From NCBI RefSeq assembly GCF_009914755.1, contig NC_060927.1: a DNA stretch of 64,000 nt; one strand, written 5' to 3'. Below, one piece after another: positions 29,053-43,130 of this stretch. The stretch comes from the human T2T-CHM13v2.0 reference genome, Homo sapiens. The translations under genes and the position numbers were made by a program. Under the pieces are notes generated by a model. That model ran no database searches and was not told where the DNA came from. It was given only the letters and a program-made list of their open reading frames with translations. Within the stretch, counting starts at the first letter, position 1. Every line of letters begins with the position of its first letter.

Positions 29053-30473
29053 TGATATACAAGCATCAAGGTTTGTCATCGTGATTAAAGTAAATGCAAT
29101 GCAAACAATTTCCTTCAGAAAAACAACAGCACTTAGAATTTCTATAGCCTCATCATACGACTATAAAAATAAACATTATTGTTTTAATAACATCTTTAAG
29201 TTCTTTAAGGTCAAGAAGGATAAGCAAACAAATAGATGGACACATAAATAAATCATTGTTTATGAAAAAAGAATTCACAAAATATTTTCACATTTATCTC
29301 TCCATTTGTCACTTGGAGAACTGGAGTTTGAAAAAAAAAGCAAAAAAAAACACTATATGGGATATCAACATGAACCATCTGTCTGACCTTAAATAAGTCA
29401 TTTCATTTTGCTGTGACTCAGATCCTTTTTCTATAAAATATGGAAAATAAGACCTGTCAATCGCCTGGATTTCAAAGATATTGTCAAGAAAAATATTACA
29501 TAATGCCCTTGCATATGCTTGAGAAAGAACTTGGAAGTTTTGGATATTATTAAACTTGGATTGTGTACTTTTAGTATTATTGTTAATACTTCATAAAGTG
29601 TCACAAAAATTTGAAATTAACCATATATAGGAAATTGATCTAATTAAATAGAACACATCTACCTCATTTTCTTTCTCAAAATTATAGTTTCAATCTGCAC
29701 TGTGAAAGAGCTCTGTCCATAGATGTGATAATGAATTATATTCCAAGGTTAAACCAGGACTTCTCTGAAAGCCATTAGGGATCAGTTTGATGCTAAAAAT
29801 AATCCACTAATAAATGTTCCTCATTTTAAGTTCCCTTCTCAGAAATAATTAAAGGGTACATCTCAGAGGCCAGTAATTTTCAGGCTAACTGCCACTTTTT
29901 AATCTAAGTTTTTCTTTTTTTTTTTGTTTAAATTTATGATACTTAAGCCACACATCAACGTATTCAGTGAAAACACTTCTTTAGGATATGTCAGTTATGC
30001 TGAACAAAGAGAGAAGAATTAATTACATATCTTTGCCTTAGAATAAGATTTTCATTTCTATTAATTCTTATACATAAAATCAAACTGATGCCTCTTGCAA
30101 GCATCTTTTGTATGATTTTTCATTGGTTTAAGCAGAGTTAGATGTCAGAGTTCATTTTAATTTAAAAAAATTTAAGCTTTAGGATTTGACAAATGTATTT
30201 CTTTCAGTATGCAGCTGTGGAAGACACTGAAATATGTGAGCTATTATATCTATTTTAAGTAGCAAGAATAGAAATTTCAAAATAATTACATTTCTATAGC
30301 TAATGCTTGAAGATAGTTTAATGTGGTGGTTGGATGCACAAACTCTGGAGATGACTTCATGAACTTAAATTCTGTATTTCTCCATTTGTAAAAGGAGACA
30401 ATGATAATATTTGCTTTTCAAGGTTTTCATAAGCATAAGCATTAAATGAATTAATACACTTAACAAGGGTCTT

Positions 30474-30631
30474 TTTTTTTTTTTTTTTTTGAGACAGGGT
30501 CTATCGCCCTGGTTGGAGTGCAGCAGTGTAATCATAGCTCACTGCTGCCATGAACTTCTGGGCTCAAGCGATCCTCCCACCTCAGCCTCCCTGTGTGCTG
30601 GGATTAAAAGTGTGAGCCACCGTGCCTCATC
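30474..30631 (-). mobile_element. FLAM_C-like Alu monomer inserted in a MIR
   Basis: Single monomer; TSD aagggtctt at 30465-30473 and 30634-30642. Confidence 0.85.
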
Positions 30632-32966
30632 GTAAGGGTCTTAAAAGAAACCCTATTTCATGTAAGTGCTCACTAAACAGTTACCACTTACTGTGACAAG
30701 ATACAATATTGTCTCTTTTTTTGTCCACAGGGCCTGTCATATTTAGAAACGTGACTTCTGGTATGTCCAGGGCCAAATAAAAATGTTTTCTTACACTTCA
30801 CACATAATACATTATATTAAATGGCAGAAATCAAAACAATAGGAAATAATCACAAATTAGTGAGCTCAGGGATTGGACTTGTCTTTAATTTCAAATATGT
30901 GCCATGATTTTCTATGTAATTAGAGTACATGAAAAGAGAATAAACCAAATCTAGACATCTCTAATTCTAATATTACAAACAAAACATATTTGAAAACATT
31001 CAACCACTTGATTGTATTCCTCAGCTTTCCTAAAATGGTTACTAAATTGCAGACTTGGATGAAGCATTTGCCCCCAAATGTGTGTCTGTTAAACTTTAGT
31101 TTCTTAGGATGCTCAATGAAAATAAAAACAGAGTACCATAGTCAAATAAGTTAAATAAATTGAGAAAAATTGCATAGTATATTCTTTCTTGTAAATTCAC
31201 ATTGTTCATTAGCATATTATAGTCTTAAAATAAAGAAACTAATTTGATTATGTTTAACCAACTTCTCCAAAATATTTGATTATAAGATCAAATTTGTCCT
31301 CATTTGTGGGATATTCTACAGAACTGATGATCCAAAGGATGTACATTTGAAAATGACAGCATAAAAATGAAAACGAGGTCTCTAAGTATGCTTATTTATG
31401 CAAAAATTATACTAACTAAATATCAAACTATTGTTTTCATTTATTCAGACTTTCTTGATGCACTTGATATGGATTATATAAATCTATGGACAAAAATGAC
31501 ATCAGTACAATGGAATATTGGAGTTTTCTACCATAATCTCTGCATAGTGCACTGATTTTGACAATCACCTATGGATGAAAATACATTTGCCAGAGTCTAG
31601 GAGTTAAATGGAAAAGTTAACAGCACACCGTTGGAGAAAAATATCTGGGAGTAGATGCATTCAAGGGAGTAAGAAGAACAATTACCTGCATCACCTCACC
31701 CCCAGGGTCCACTTCTTAGTGCCAAGATAGACTCCCTTCAGCAGGCAATTTCTCCCATGGGGAAAAGGAGAGTATAATGAGTGAGTACCCAGCTTTTCCA
31801 GCTGTGTGAGGCACATCCCAAGAAGCCCATCTTTCTTTCACTCAACTCAGAATATTGAGGGTATTAGCATGGCTAAGTGGCTGGGACAGGGCAGTAGCAG
31901 GAAAGAAAGGAGAGGACTCACAGCAACCAGGACTTGAAACTCAGTACAGGGTACATATCCTTTGAAGCATTTCACAGAGCCCATCAGGAGGCCCACCCAT
32001 GAACCACTTGGGACACCATATCTGTAGCATCTCCCTGCAACTGGCCCATAGGAGCCCCCGATGTTTTGTGCATATTCCCCTTCCCTTTCTCCTATAGTCA
32101 GTTGCCTGCACATGCACTCCAGATGGTGAGTGTGAGCATTTACCTACAGCTTTTGAGTACATGCAGTCAGCAGGCTCAACTTTGAAGGATTGGGAGGAAT
32201 ACAAAATTGAGCATTTCAGGGCACTGTCCTAGAGGAAACAAACAGAAAGCTTTCAGGACCCAGTTTGGTTTTGTGGATTTAAGAGAAGACACACAATCAT
32301 CAGAATTTCTTCTCCACCCATCCAAGAAGTGTGGATTGGGTGAATCCATAGAAAAGATCTGAGAGAGCCTCAGATTCCCTATAGGCTCACTGTTGAAGAT
32401 ATTTCTCTCAAATCCAGTCAGTAAAGACTAGAGAAAGTGACTCTTTCTTCAAATGTGAAGACAGCAGTGCAAGACTTTGAGGAACATGAAAAATCAAGGA
32501 CACCTAGTACCACCAAAGGAACATAATTTTCTGGTACCCAACCACAAAGAAATGGAGATACACAAATTGTCTGACAAAGAATTCACAACAATTGTTTTAA
32601 GGAAGTCAGTAAGCTACAAGAGAACACAGAGAACTTAATGATATTAAGAAAGCGACACATGAACAAAATAAGATGTTCAACAAAAAGATAGAAATTATTA
32701 AAAACAACCATGATTTTCGAGCTGAGAATACAATGAATGAAATGGAAAACACAATAGAGTTTCAATAGCAGACTTGATCAAGCAGAAGAAAGGGTCTGTC
32801 AACTCAAATACTAGTCATTTGAAATTATTCAGTAAAAGAAATAAAAAGGAATGAAAAATGCTTATGCGATTGATGCAACACCATGAAGAGTAGTCATATA
32901 TGCACTATGGGAGTCTCAGAAAAAGAAAGAGATAAAGGGGAAGAAAACTAACTTAAAGAACTAGAT

Positions 32967-35122
32967 CAGTCTCTCCTTATCTGTAGTTTTGCTTTCCTTG
33001 GTTTCAGGTACAGTACAATGATATGTTTTAAGAGACAGACAATGAAAGAGAACATGCAAATATTGACATAATTTTTATTACAGTATATTGTCATAGTTTT
33101 TCTATTTTGTTATTAGTTGTTATTCTCTTACTGTGCCTAATTTATACATTAAACTTTATCATAGGAATAGTGGTGGTGGCCTGTCTGGAGTGGCCACTGC
33201 CAGGATGCCAGCTGCAGCAGGGGAGGTGTAGCTGGGGCTGTGCACTCCGCAGAGCTGGGGGGGGCCAGGAACAGGTGACCCTAGTGGGAGCCCTATATGC
33301 TACTGAGTTAGTGGGGTGGGAGCCTGTGCTCCCAGGCATAGCTGCAGCTGCCCAGCCATGGCTCCAGCCCTAGGCATACCTGTGCTCTCAGGGGCCCTGG
33401 AAGTCCCCTGCCCTTACAGGCTTGGAAGTGCCTGCTCCCATTCCCTGGCCTCTTTCCACTGCTGGCACCTGCTCTGTGGCAGAGCAAAGTTGTGGATGTG
33501 TTGTGATAGCTGAGCCTGGGAGCTGTTGTGACGTGGTCAGGTGTGTGTGTTCAGGGCAGTTCTGATACACCAGACTCCCCACTGCCTTTGCCCCCTCTGG
33601 AAACTGCTTCTGAGGCTGAAACTTTGGATATTAATGAGCAAGGATGGTGGGGGAGGCCAGGACGGCTGAGGGCAGCTAGGTGTGGGCCTGTGGACACCCC
33701 TTAGTGCGGACAGTCTGGGTGCTGTGGATGGCATGTTGATGGCAGCGAGAGGCAGACATGTTCCTAGGTGGGAACGGGTGGGTCCCTGGTGAAACCTCAC
33801 CTTCAAGCCAGGGACAGCTTGAAGCATGGGGGCCTGGCTGCCAGTTCCGGTTGCAGTCTGTGACCTGGAGTGAAAACTTCATTGATGTCTTTCAGCCAAT
33901 TGGATGGTGCTTTTTCCAGACCCACAAATGGCTGCCCATGGACCAAGCAGTATGTACTTCCTCCATTCTGAGCCCATGAAAACCCCAGACTCAGTCAGAC
34001 TCTGACACTCATCAGGATGACAAGCCTGCAAATAGGATCTACCCATTTTGGGTATGCACTCCACTGAGAGCTATTCTGTCACTCAATAAAGCTCCTTTCT
34101 GCCTTGCTCACCCTCCAGTTATTCACATAACCTCATTCTTCCTGGATGTGGGACAAGAACTCAGGACCTGCTGAATGGTGGGAGGGAAAGAAGCTGTAAC
34201 ATGTTCCTGGCCAGCTCACCAAGCTGCAGGTGGTGACATACTCCTGGACTATGGGAGTGAAGAGTAGTGACCCTTCTGGGGGCCCAGACCTTGAGATTCT
34301 CCGAGCCAGAGCTGCAGTAACACTATAGCTCTCCTGCCCTCTGCTGGTGCTGGGTGGCCCCCCAATGCAACAGGACGCAGCAGCAGGCCTGGGCCAGCCC
34401 AGGAGCTGGGAGCCTGAGTGGGGTGGTGGAACTGAAAGGGCTATAACACAAACCAACCAAAACATGCCCCACTCACTTGCTGCACTGTGGGTGAGGAGAA
34501 GGAGAAAAGAGCTGCAGCCCTTCTAGGAAGCCAGACTTTGGGGCTCCCTGAACTAGGGCTGTGACATGCTGTAACACCTTCTTTAGGATTCTGCACTTCC
34601 TGGCCTCTCTGAGATTTTGGATGCCACCGTGTTCCCTTTGTCCAGATGCTGGTGTCCGCAGCAGAAGCCACTTGTGATATATCTGGTCCAGCTGCAGCTT
34701 CACATGGATGAGGTGCCTGTGCCGGTGCCTGTGCCAGTGCCTGGAGCTGCCCGCCCCACCACAGCAGCTAGCATGCCTGGCTGTGTGCAGTGCCAGATCC
34801 CACACTTGCTCACTCACACACACCTCACCGCTCCATGCCTGGCTTGCCCTTGGAAGGAGTACGATCCAGGCCGGTAGCATGAGCCAAGTGCAGCCTGCCA
34901 GCCTGAGTGGACAGAACAAGCCCAGGGGGCATGAACAAAACTCAAGCAGAAGCACTGCTGTCCACAGAGGTTTCTGGCTGGCAAAGCAACACCCTAAGGA
35001 TCCTATGACAATAGGTATATATGTATAGGCAGAAACATAGTATATATTGGTTTTAGTACTATCCATGGTTTCAGGCAGCCACCAGGGGCTTGGAATGTGT
35101 CCCTGTAGATAAGGGAGGAGGA
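32967..35122. mobile_element. MER44-type (Tigger7-derived) element split by MER52A (parts 32967-33164 and 35011-35122)
   Basis: cagtctctccttatctgtag ... cttggaatgtgtccctgtagataaggga termini; halves are colinear. Confidence 0.7.
33165..35010 (+). mobile_element. MER52A-like ERV1 solo LTR
   Basis: ggcctgtctggagtggccactgcc start; aataaagctcct; ends gcaacaccctaaggatcctatgaca; TSD atag(g). Confidence 0.82.
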
Positions 35123-35719
35123 TTTTAATAGCTGAAAACTTCTCCAATCTTGGGGAAGATAGGGGCATTTGGGTACATGAGGCTTAAATGTGCCCAAATA
35201 GGTTTGACTTAAAGAGGACTTCACTGAGACACATTATAATCAAATTGTCAAACATCAAAGATAATTTTGAAAGCAGTAAGAGAAAAGAAACTCATCACAT
35301 ACAAAGAAACCCCATTAGACTATCAGATTTCTAAGCATGAATCTTGCAGGCCAGGAGAGAGCGAGATGACATATTTCAAGTGCTGAAAGAAGAAAGAATT
35401 GTCAACCAAGAATACTTTACCTTGCAAAACTATCTTCCAGAAATGAAGGAGAGATAAAGACTTTGCCAGATAAAGAAAATATGAGGGATTTTATCACCAC
35501 TACATATGCCTTATAAAAAATGTTAGAGGGAGTTCTTCAAATGGAAAAGTAAGGATTCTAATTAGTAACATGAAAACATATGAAAGTGCAAAACTCACTG
35601 GTAAAGGTAGCATATATTGTCAAGTTCAGAATACTCTAATGCTGTAATGGTGGTGTATAAACCACTTTTACTCTAGGATAGAGGTGAAAAGACAAAATTA
35701 TTAAAAATAATCACAATAT

Positions 35720-36070
<351 letters not shown>

Positions 36071-36619
36071 TTAAAATGTGGAATAGGGGAGTAAACATGT
36101 AAAGTATATGCAATCAAAGTTGAAATCAGTTTAAAATAGACTGTTATAAATATAAGATATTTTCTGTAAGCCCCATGGTAGCCACAAAGTAAAAACTTTA
36201 GTAGATACAGAATAATTAAAGATAAAGATAATAAATTAAAGCATGCCACTGCAGAAAATCATGAAATTACAAAGGAAGAGCAAGAGAGGAAAAAAGGAAC
36301 AAAATAACTACAGAAGAGAAAACAATTACCAAAGTGGCAATAATAAATCCTAACGTATCAATAATTACTTTATAAATGAACTAAATTCTGTAATCAAAAG
36401 ACCTACAATGGCAAAATGGATAAAAACAAACAAGTAAGATTCAATAATATGATGTCTACAAGAGACTTGTTTTAGCTTTGAGGACACACATAGGCTAAAA
36501 GTGAAGAGATGGAAAAAATATATTCCATGCAAATGGAAACTAAAAAAGAGCAGGATGAGTATCTGCTATTTATATAACATAAAATAGATTTTAAGTCAAA
36601 AACTGTGCAAAGAGACAAA

Positions 36620-36790
36620 GATATTTATAATATAATACATAATATCTCTATAAGCTTATAATCATATATAATGTATATTATGTTATATAATGTATATCCT
36701 TATATCTAATATATATCCTTATATCTTTATATTTATTATTATATATGCCATATATAACTGTAAATATATGATATATATAATTATAAATAT
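36620..36790. repeat. AT-rich low-complexity filler between inverted arms
   Basis: tatata-rich degenerate sequence. Confidence 0.8.
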
Positions 36791-39005
36791 CTTTGTCTCT
36801 TTTTGCAGTTCGACTTAAAGTCTATTTTATCTTATGTAAATAACGGATGTGTTTATCTTATTATATATTTATATAATAAGAAAGGGGTTAATTCATGAAA
36901 AGGATATAACAATTGTAAATATATAGGCATCCAACATCACAGCACCTAAATATATCAATCAAATATAAACTAGTCTGAAGGGATAAATAGATAATACAAT
37001 AATAGTATTTCAAGATAATATGCATGGTAGACCACATATAATCTATTGAAATTGTAAAAAATAAAGAAAAACACAAGAGGACTTCCTCATAGTTACACAT
37101 TGGTGAAAAGAAAGTGTTCTAGTTACCACTCTTGTACATTTGGTGGATATTCTCAATGTCCTGCACTATGCTAGGTCTTAAAGAAGTATAAGACTTGCAC
37201 ATGTATCTTGAAAGAGTAGCTCATTGCCCAGCATAGAAAGAAAGAGGAGTAGAAAATTTCAGGCATGGATAAAGGTGCAGAGGTGCAAATATATATACAC
37301 TACTCAATAGTAGGTAAGGGAGTAATGGCAACTAACGTTAAGGAACATTGTCTACCGTATTGTGAAGGGTGACAAAGGTCATGCGTACTAATATGATGAT
37401 TAACTGTCTATAGCAAGGCTATGAGTAAAATTTAAATTATATGCAGCCTAGGTATTGAAATTTGACAACCAATATAAATGAATTCATATGTTTATGAAAC
37501 ATTCTTTATTTCTTTTTATCAATGACCTAGTAGATTCAGAATCAATTTTTCAGTGCTTTTCAAGATAATTTTGATACGATTGGAAATAAATAGTTCTAAA
37601 TATTAAAAGAAAACCTGAATTTTTGCAATGTCCTTTCTAAATTTATAAACACAAAATTTTCATACTGCAGAGATACTTGGGAAAAAAAATATTTGTTGTT
37701 TATATATACTCACCCAGAATCTACACAATTACAAATTTCCTTAAGTTTCTGACAGCAAAAAAGAACATGAATAACTAAATACAGAGAATCATAATTGGAA
37801 CATATTCAAGAGGTGGAGAATCTATTTAAAACCGACAACTCAACAGATGTAGTCTAGTCAATGGTTATATTTGCATAAGCATGAAAGCCAAACAAACATG
37901 TCTGAAATCTCATTGGTAAAACACTGTATGATTTAAAAAATTTTGGGGGGGTTGTCAGAACTCCTTTTTAGATTTATTGCATCCCCTCAACAGAAGAACC
38001 GACTGCCGAGAAATTCAAAACACATCCGTGAAAGCAGAAAATTATAATGTGACAAGTGAAGAATTGAAATGGATTCACCCTAAAAGCAGAGCCAAATATC
38101 AGCCATTGTCATGGGCCCCTAGGAGGACTGAGTCTGGTGATGCACGAATACCAGAATGCAAGTGTGGTGCAATGACAGCAATAACACATGTGTGCACCTT
38201 GAAGCCAGAGGGATGGAAACCCCAGCCAATGTCTCTTTCTCTTTTCAGCCATGTAAATTCCAATCTTGATCAATAAGCAATCCAGGTGTCAATGAAAGTG
38301 GAAGGAATACATATTCCTCCTCCCACAAATCTTAAACATTAATAGCAGCAGGATTCTCCTTTCACAGAAAAGCACGATTTTAAGGTTTTGGTCCCCACTG
38401 AACACAAATTCCCAAGATACAAATAAAAGTACTTTGATTTATAGATTAATCCAGACATTTTTATGTTCTGTAGGCCTGACATATGCTTGACAGAAACCCC
38501 ACAAGGTCAGAAAGTCCTGTTGTCTAAGAAAGAATTTCTCTTCTGCTTTCTTGCTCATTTTGGCCTGAGAGGAAGGTGATACTACAGTTAGTTGTGGTCT
38601 TAATAAAGAGCATTGAAGTCAGAATTCATAAATTTAGGCTTTTTTCTTTCTCAGGAATTATTGAAAAGAATGGCTTACAATTTTTTAAAATTTATTTTGG
38701 GAGAGATAATCATATTATTTAGGGAGAGAGATAGTTATATTATTTTTCTGAATCTCTCAAGCTTCACATAACAGTGAAAGATTCATGAACCACTGATTTA
38801 AAAAAGGTACAAAAGCAACAGTTTTTAAACCACCTGCTATATACTCATTTGACAATATTAAGGGGCAATGCTTCTGGTGTTTTCAAAGAAATTGGAGTAG
38901 TGGGCAGGAGAGCTATAATTAAGGAGGAGCACTGCACTGGGATTGGACCAAGGTTTTATATTAAGAACAACATTCTGTTTTATCCTAACTAGTGTAACTT
39001 ATTCA

Positions 39006-39450
<445 letters not shown>

Positions 39451-39519
39451 GGACCCCTGTCGTATCTCTCCCCATGAATAATATAACAGGCAATTTCTTG
39501 AATATTAAAACTGGTATTC

Positions 39520-40040
39520 CTTATAGATTATTACAGTGGCCTCACTTTAAACAGAAGAACCTGAAGCCCAAAAAGGTGAGGTCACTGCTTTAAATTAATA
39601 GTTAGAAAGCTGCAGAATCAAACAGACTCAGTTCTCTAGATTCCTAGCCCAGTTACATTTTTTTAGTATGACACTATCACTCTTAACAACAACCAACAAA
39701 ACCCAAACTGCTTAAAACATTTTAATCCAAGGCAAATCTTTAGTTCTTCTGGTTTGCTGGAGTGGGAGGTGGGGTGGAGGGACTGGGGAAACAGTAGGAT
39801 GAGGCAGTGGAGATTTAACATTCTTGTATGTGCTGGAGTGCTGTGCTAGGTGCTTCCATTTTTAATCTCTTTAAATGCAAGAACTTTGTGAGATCAGTGC
39901 TATTCCCTCCATTTTCCAGGTGAGGAACCATGAGTCTCAGAGAAGCTAAGAAGTTTATCCAGACACCCACATTTTTGTGAGTGGTGGACTTAAGATTTGA
40001 ACCTGTTTTGGTTTCCAAGTTCTTTGGTCTTTTTACTGTT
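39520..40040 (-). mobile_element. MIR fragments
   Basis: ctccattttccaggtgaggaaccatgagtctcagagaagctaag. Confidence 0.65.
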
Positions 40041-42060
40041 CCTTAATTGTTGCCTGTTACAGGATGCCTTGCATTTCTTCATAAATGAGTCCAATTTTTG
40101 CCTGCCACCTGGTTTATATGACTGTCCAGATTGATTTTTCTTTTAAATTTACATTTTGCAACTGTAGGCTTTTTTCCTTTCCATTTACCTCCTGCCTCAG
40201 TCATGAGGTTGGAAAAAATGAGAAGTATGCTGGTTTTGTTTGGACTGAGAACATTCCAAAATGTTTGGCTGCACCTCAAAACCCTGTTAAAATAATATTA
40301 TTTATAACTTTCTGCTTGGTCAATTTTGTTTTAAGTTTGGCTATCTCCCATAGGAGGTTATTCTTTCTCCTTGATGGTAAGGTTTGCTGCTTGAAAGCCT
40401 TAATCTTAAACATTTTTCAAGTAAGACTCAGGTCCTTGCCTGAATACAAACTCGTTAGATAATAGCCCCAACCACTCTGAAGCAGTTCATTGCAGAAGCT
40501 CACTCTCAGCTGTTGTGGGTGGGGTGTTAGCAGAATGAATGCCATAGGTTTACATGTGAACCATCAGCCCTGCTCACAAAATATAATCTGTCCAGCACCG
40601 CGATAGGTTGCATTTTAGAGCTGGGCTTTAGTATGGTGTGACTGTTTACCAGAATGCCTTCTGAGGAATACAAAGTAATTTTTTTTTTTTACATTCCTCC
40701 TCAGTAAGGTTATTGTTGTTAGCAGATTTATTTAGCTGCCCTAGCAGCTTAAGACATTTCATTGACTTTTGAGCAGACGATTTGATTTTTCAGGCACAGA
40801 TGGGGGAAAAACAGCTAGCAGAATCATTAGAATGGATACCTACCACAAGTAGTAGGGAGGCAGGCTTTTAACAGGACATAACTAAAGAGAAGACCTGTCT
40901 TTGCCTCAATGTGTAATTGAACACTGTCTAAAATTGATGGCAAAGCAATGTGAATTATAGGGGCCAAGGATTTGCTATTTAGAAACTTAAACAAATCTGC
41001 TTTTTCTAAAAGGCCTTTCTTTTTCACACAAAAACGATGGTCAGTGAAGTGGCAATTCTCAGTGAAACGACAATGCTTCTCCCTCAGGAGCAGCTACCCT
41101 CAAGGAAACAGAGCCAAAACACAGAGACTGAATCATTAACCTAAAAATGTAGTTACATAACTGCTAAAATTCCACACTTTGCAGGCCTGTGGCCTGACTT
41201 TAGCCTTTAGAGACATTCCTAGCCCAGTGGTTGCTAGTAGCCACTGCTCACATTTCTCCATCTCTCTGCCTCCCAGGAGCTAAACTCCTATTGATTTTCC
41301 CAGAACCCTGAGCTGTCTCCATAATAGAATGATTTGGTGGGCGTCCTGTCAAATGCAAAAGGAAGCCTCTGCCAGACTGAGCATTAGAACACGGTGTTTT
41401 TAAATAGAAATGTGAAATATCAGTGCAATTACAAATCAATAAAAACCCAGAGGGAAAGAGAATCTCATTTGAGGAAAGATCTTTAAGTTTTTTTCCTTTC
41501 TTTTTTCTCGTAATGAAAAATTAGATCAGGGAACCAAATTTATGAGGTAAAAACTGTCAACAAAGTATTCCTAGCTGTTGCTGAGGCTGAGAAAAAAGAA
41601 AGCTAAATCATGCATGCAGTGTGAGTATGTGAATGACACATTTTAATATATTAGGGAGTCAAAATACCTCTCATTTTTTACTTGTGTTTTTGGCTGTTGC
41701 CCAAATCGTTATTGTTTTATTTATTTTGCTAATGTCATTCTCTTATGCCTTTTTCCAAATTCCATATTTTCTCCTAGGTTTGCTTTCCATATGCTGGATG
41801 ATGTGTGTGGATTTTCAGTGTGTGTTTCAGAGTCTTAAAAGCTCATGCTAGCTTGCTTAACATACCTGCCATAACTCATGATATAGAACCCTATGGAGAA
41901 CTGTGTTGCAACATGGATGCAGTGCCTATACTAAGGCACATTGCCAAGCTGAAGACTGTCAGAGAGCATCACTAACGGAGGTAAGCCAGTAGGGTCTAAA
42001 AATCTTCACAGAGAGAAGGTATGACCAGATGATAGTCCATTAAATTGCGTTGAGGTGCAG

Positions 42061-42419
42061 CACTATGTTCTAAATTGGTGTACCCCACGAATTTATATGT
42101 TGAGGCCTAATACCCAATGTGATAGTATTAAGAGGTATGGCCTTTAGGAAGTGATTAAGTCATAAGGTGAGGGCTTGACCCTTATGAATGAGAATAGTGA
42201 CCTTATAAAAGAGGCTTGAGTGAGCTCTCTGGCTCTTTTTTGCCATGTAAGGATGCAGCAACAAGTCACCATCTATTAAGCCAATTACCAGACACCAAAT
42301 CTACTGGTGCTTTGATGTTGGACTTCCCAGCCTCCAGACCTCTAAGAAATAAATCTCTGTTGTTTATAAATTACTGAGTCTAAAGTACTTTGTTATAGCA
42401 GCCTGAATAGACTAAGACA
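42061..42419 (+). mobile_element. MLT1A-like ERVL-MaLR solo LTR
   Basis: ggacttcccagcctccaga...aataaa...ttgttatagcagcctgaatagactaagaca; 5-bp TSD tgcag. Confidence 0.88.
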
Positions 42420-43130
42420 TGCAGCAAGTGAATAGATCACTCACTGTAGCCTGGATCTCTCCTTCATTATGACAGGGTTGTTTCTCGTACTGGACATAGG
42501 TCACCTTTGCTAACCTCTTACAGAAATTCTAAACTTTGTGAGAGGAAATGCAGAAGTGTGAGAGAAGAACAAGGAGCTATGTGAAGAAGAGAGATGGAAA
42601 TGGATTGAGACTGTTGAAATAGGAGAAAATATCTTGGTTTTGACATCATTTCCAAAGAATCATAGTTATCAAATAAAAAATTTCACAATTATCCAAAATT
42701 ATAATAAAAATTCAGTGGCTGGCAAAATGGCTGAATAGGATCAGCTCTGGTGTGCAGCTCCCAGTGAGATCCACACAGAAGATGAGTAATTTCTGCATTT
42801 CCAACTGAGGTACTTGGCTCATCTCATTGGGACTGGCTAGACAGTGAGTGAAACCCATGGAGGGCAAGCTGAAGCAGGGTGGGACATTGCCTTACCTGGG
42901 AAGTGCAAGGGGTCAGGGAACTCCCTCCCCTAGCCAAGGGAAGCCATGGATGACTCTGACATGAAGACTGGTGCACTCCAGCCCAGATACTACGCTTTTC
43001 CCATGGTCTATGCAACCCACAGACCAGGAGATTCCCTCGGGTGCCTATGCCACCAGGGCCCTGAGTTTCATAAAACTGGGCAGCCATCCCGAGCTAGCTG
43101 CAGGAATTTCTTTTCATACCCCAGTGGTAC

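Noticed and set aside
34473-35168. 231-aa minus-strand ORF
   Set aside because: Spans L1, MER44 and MER52 sequence; no recognisable domain.
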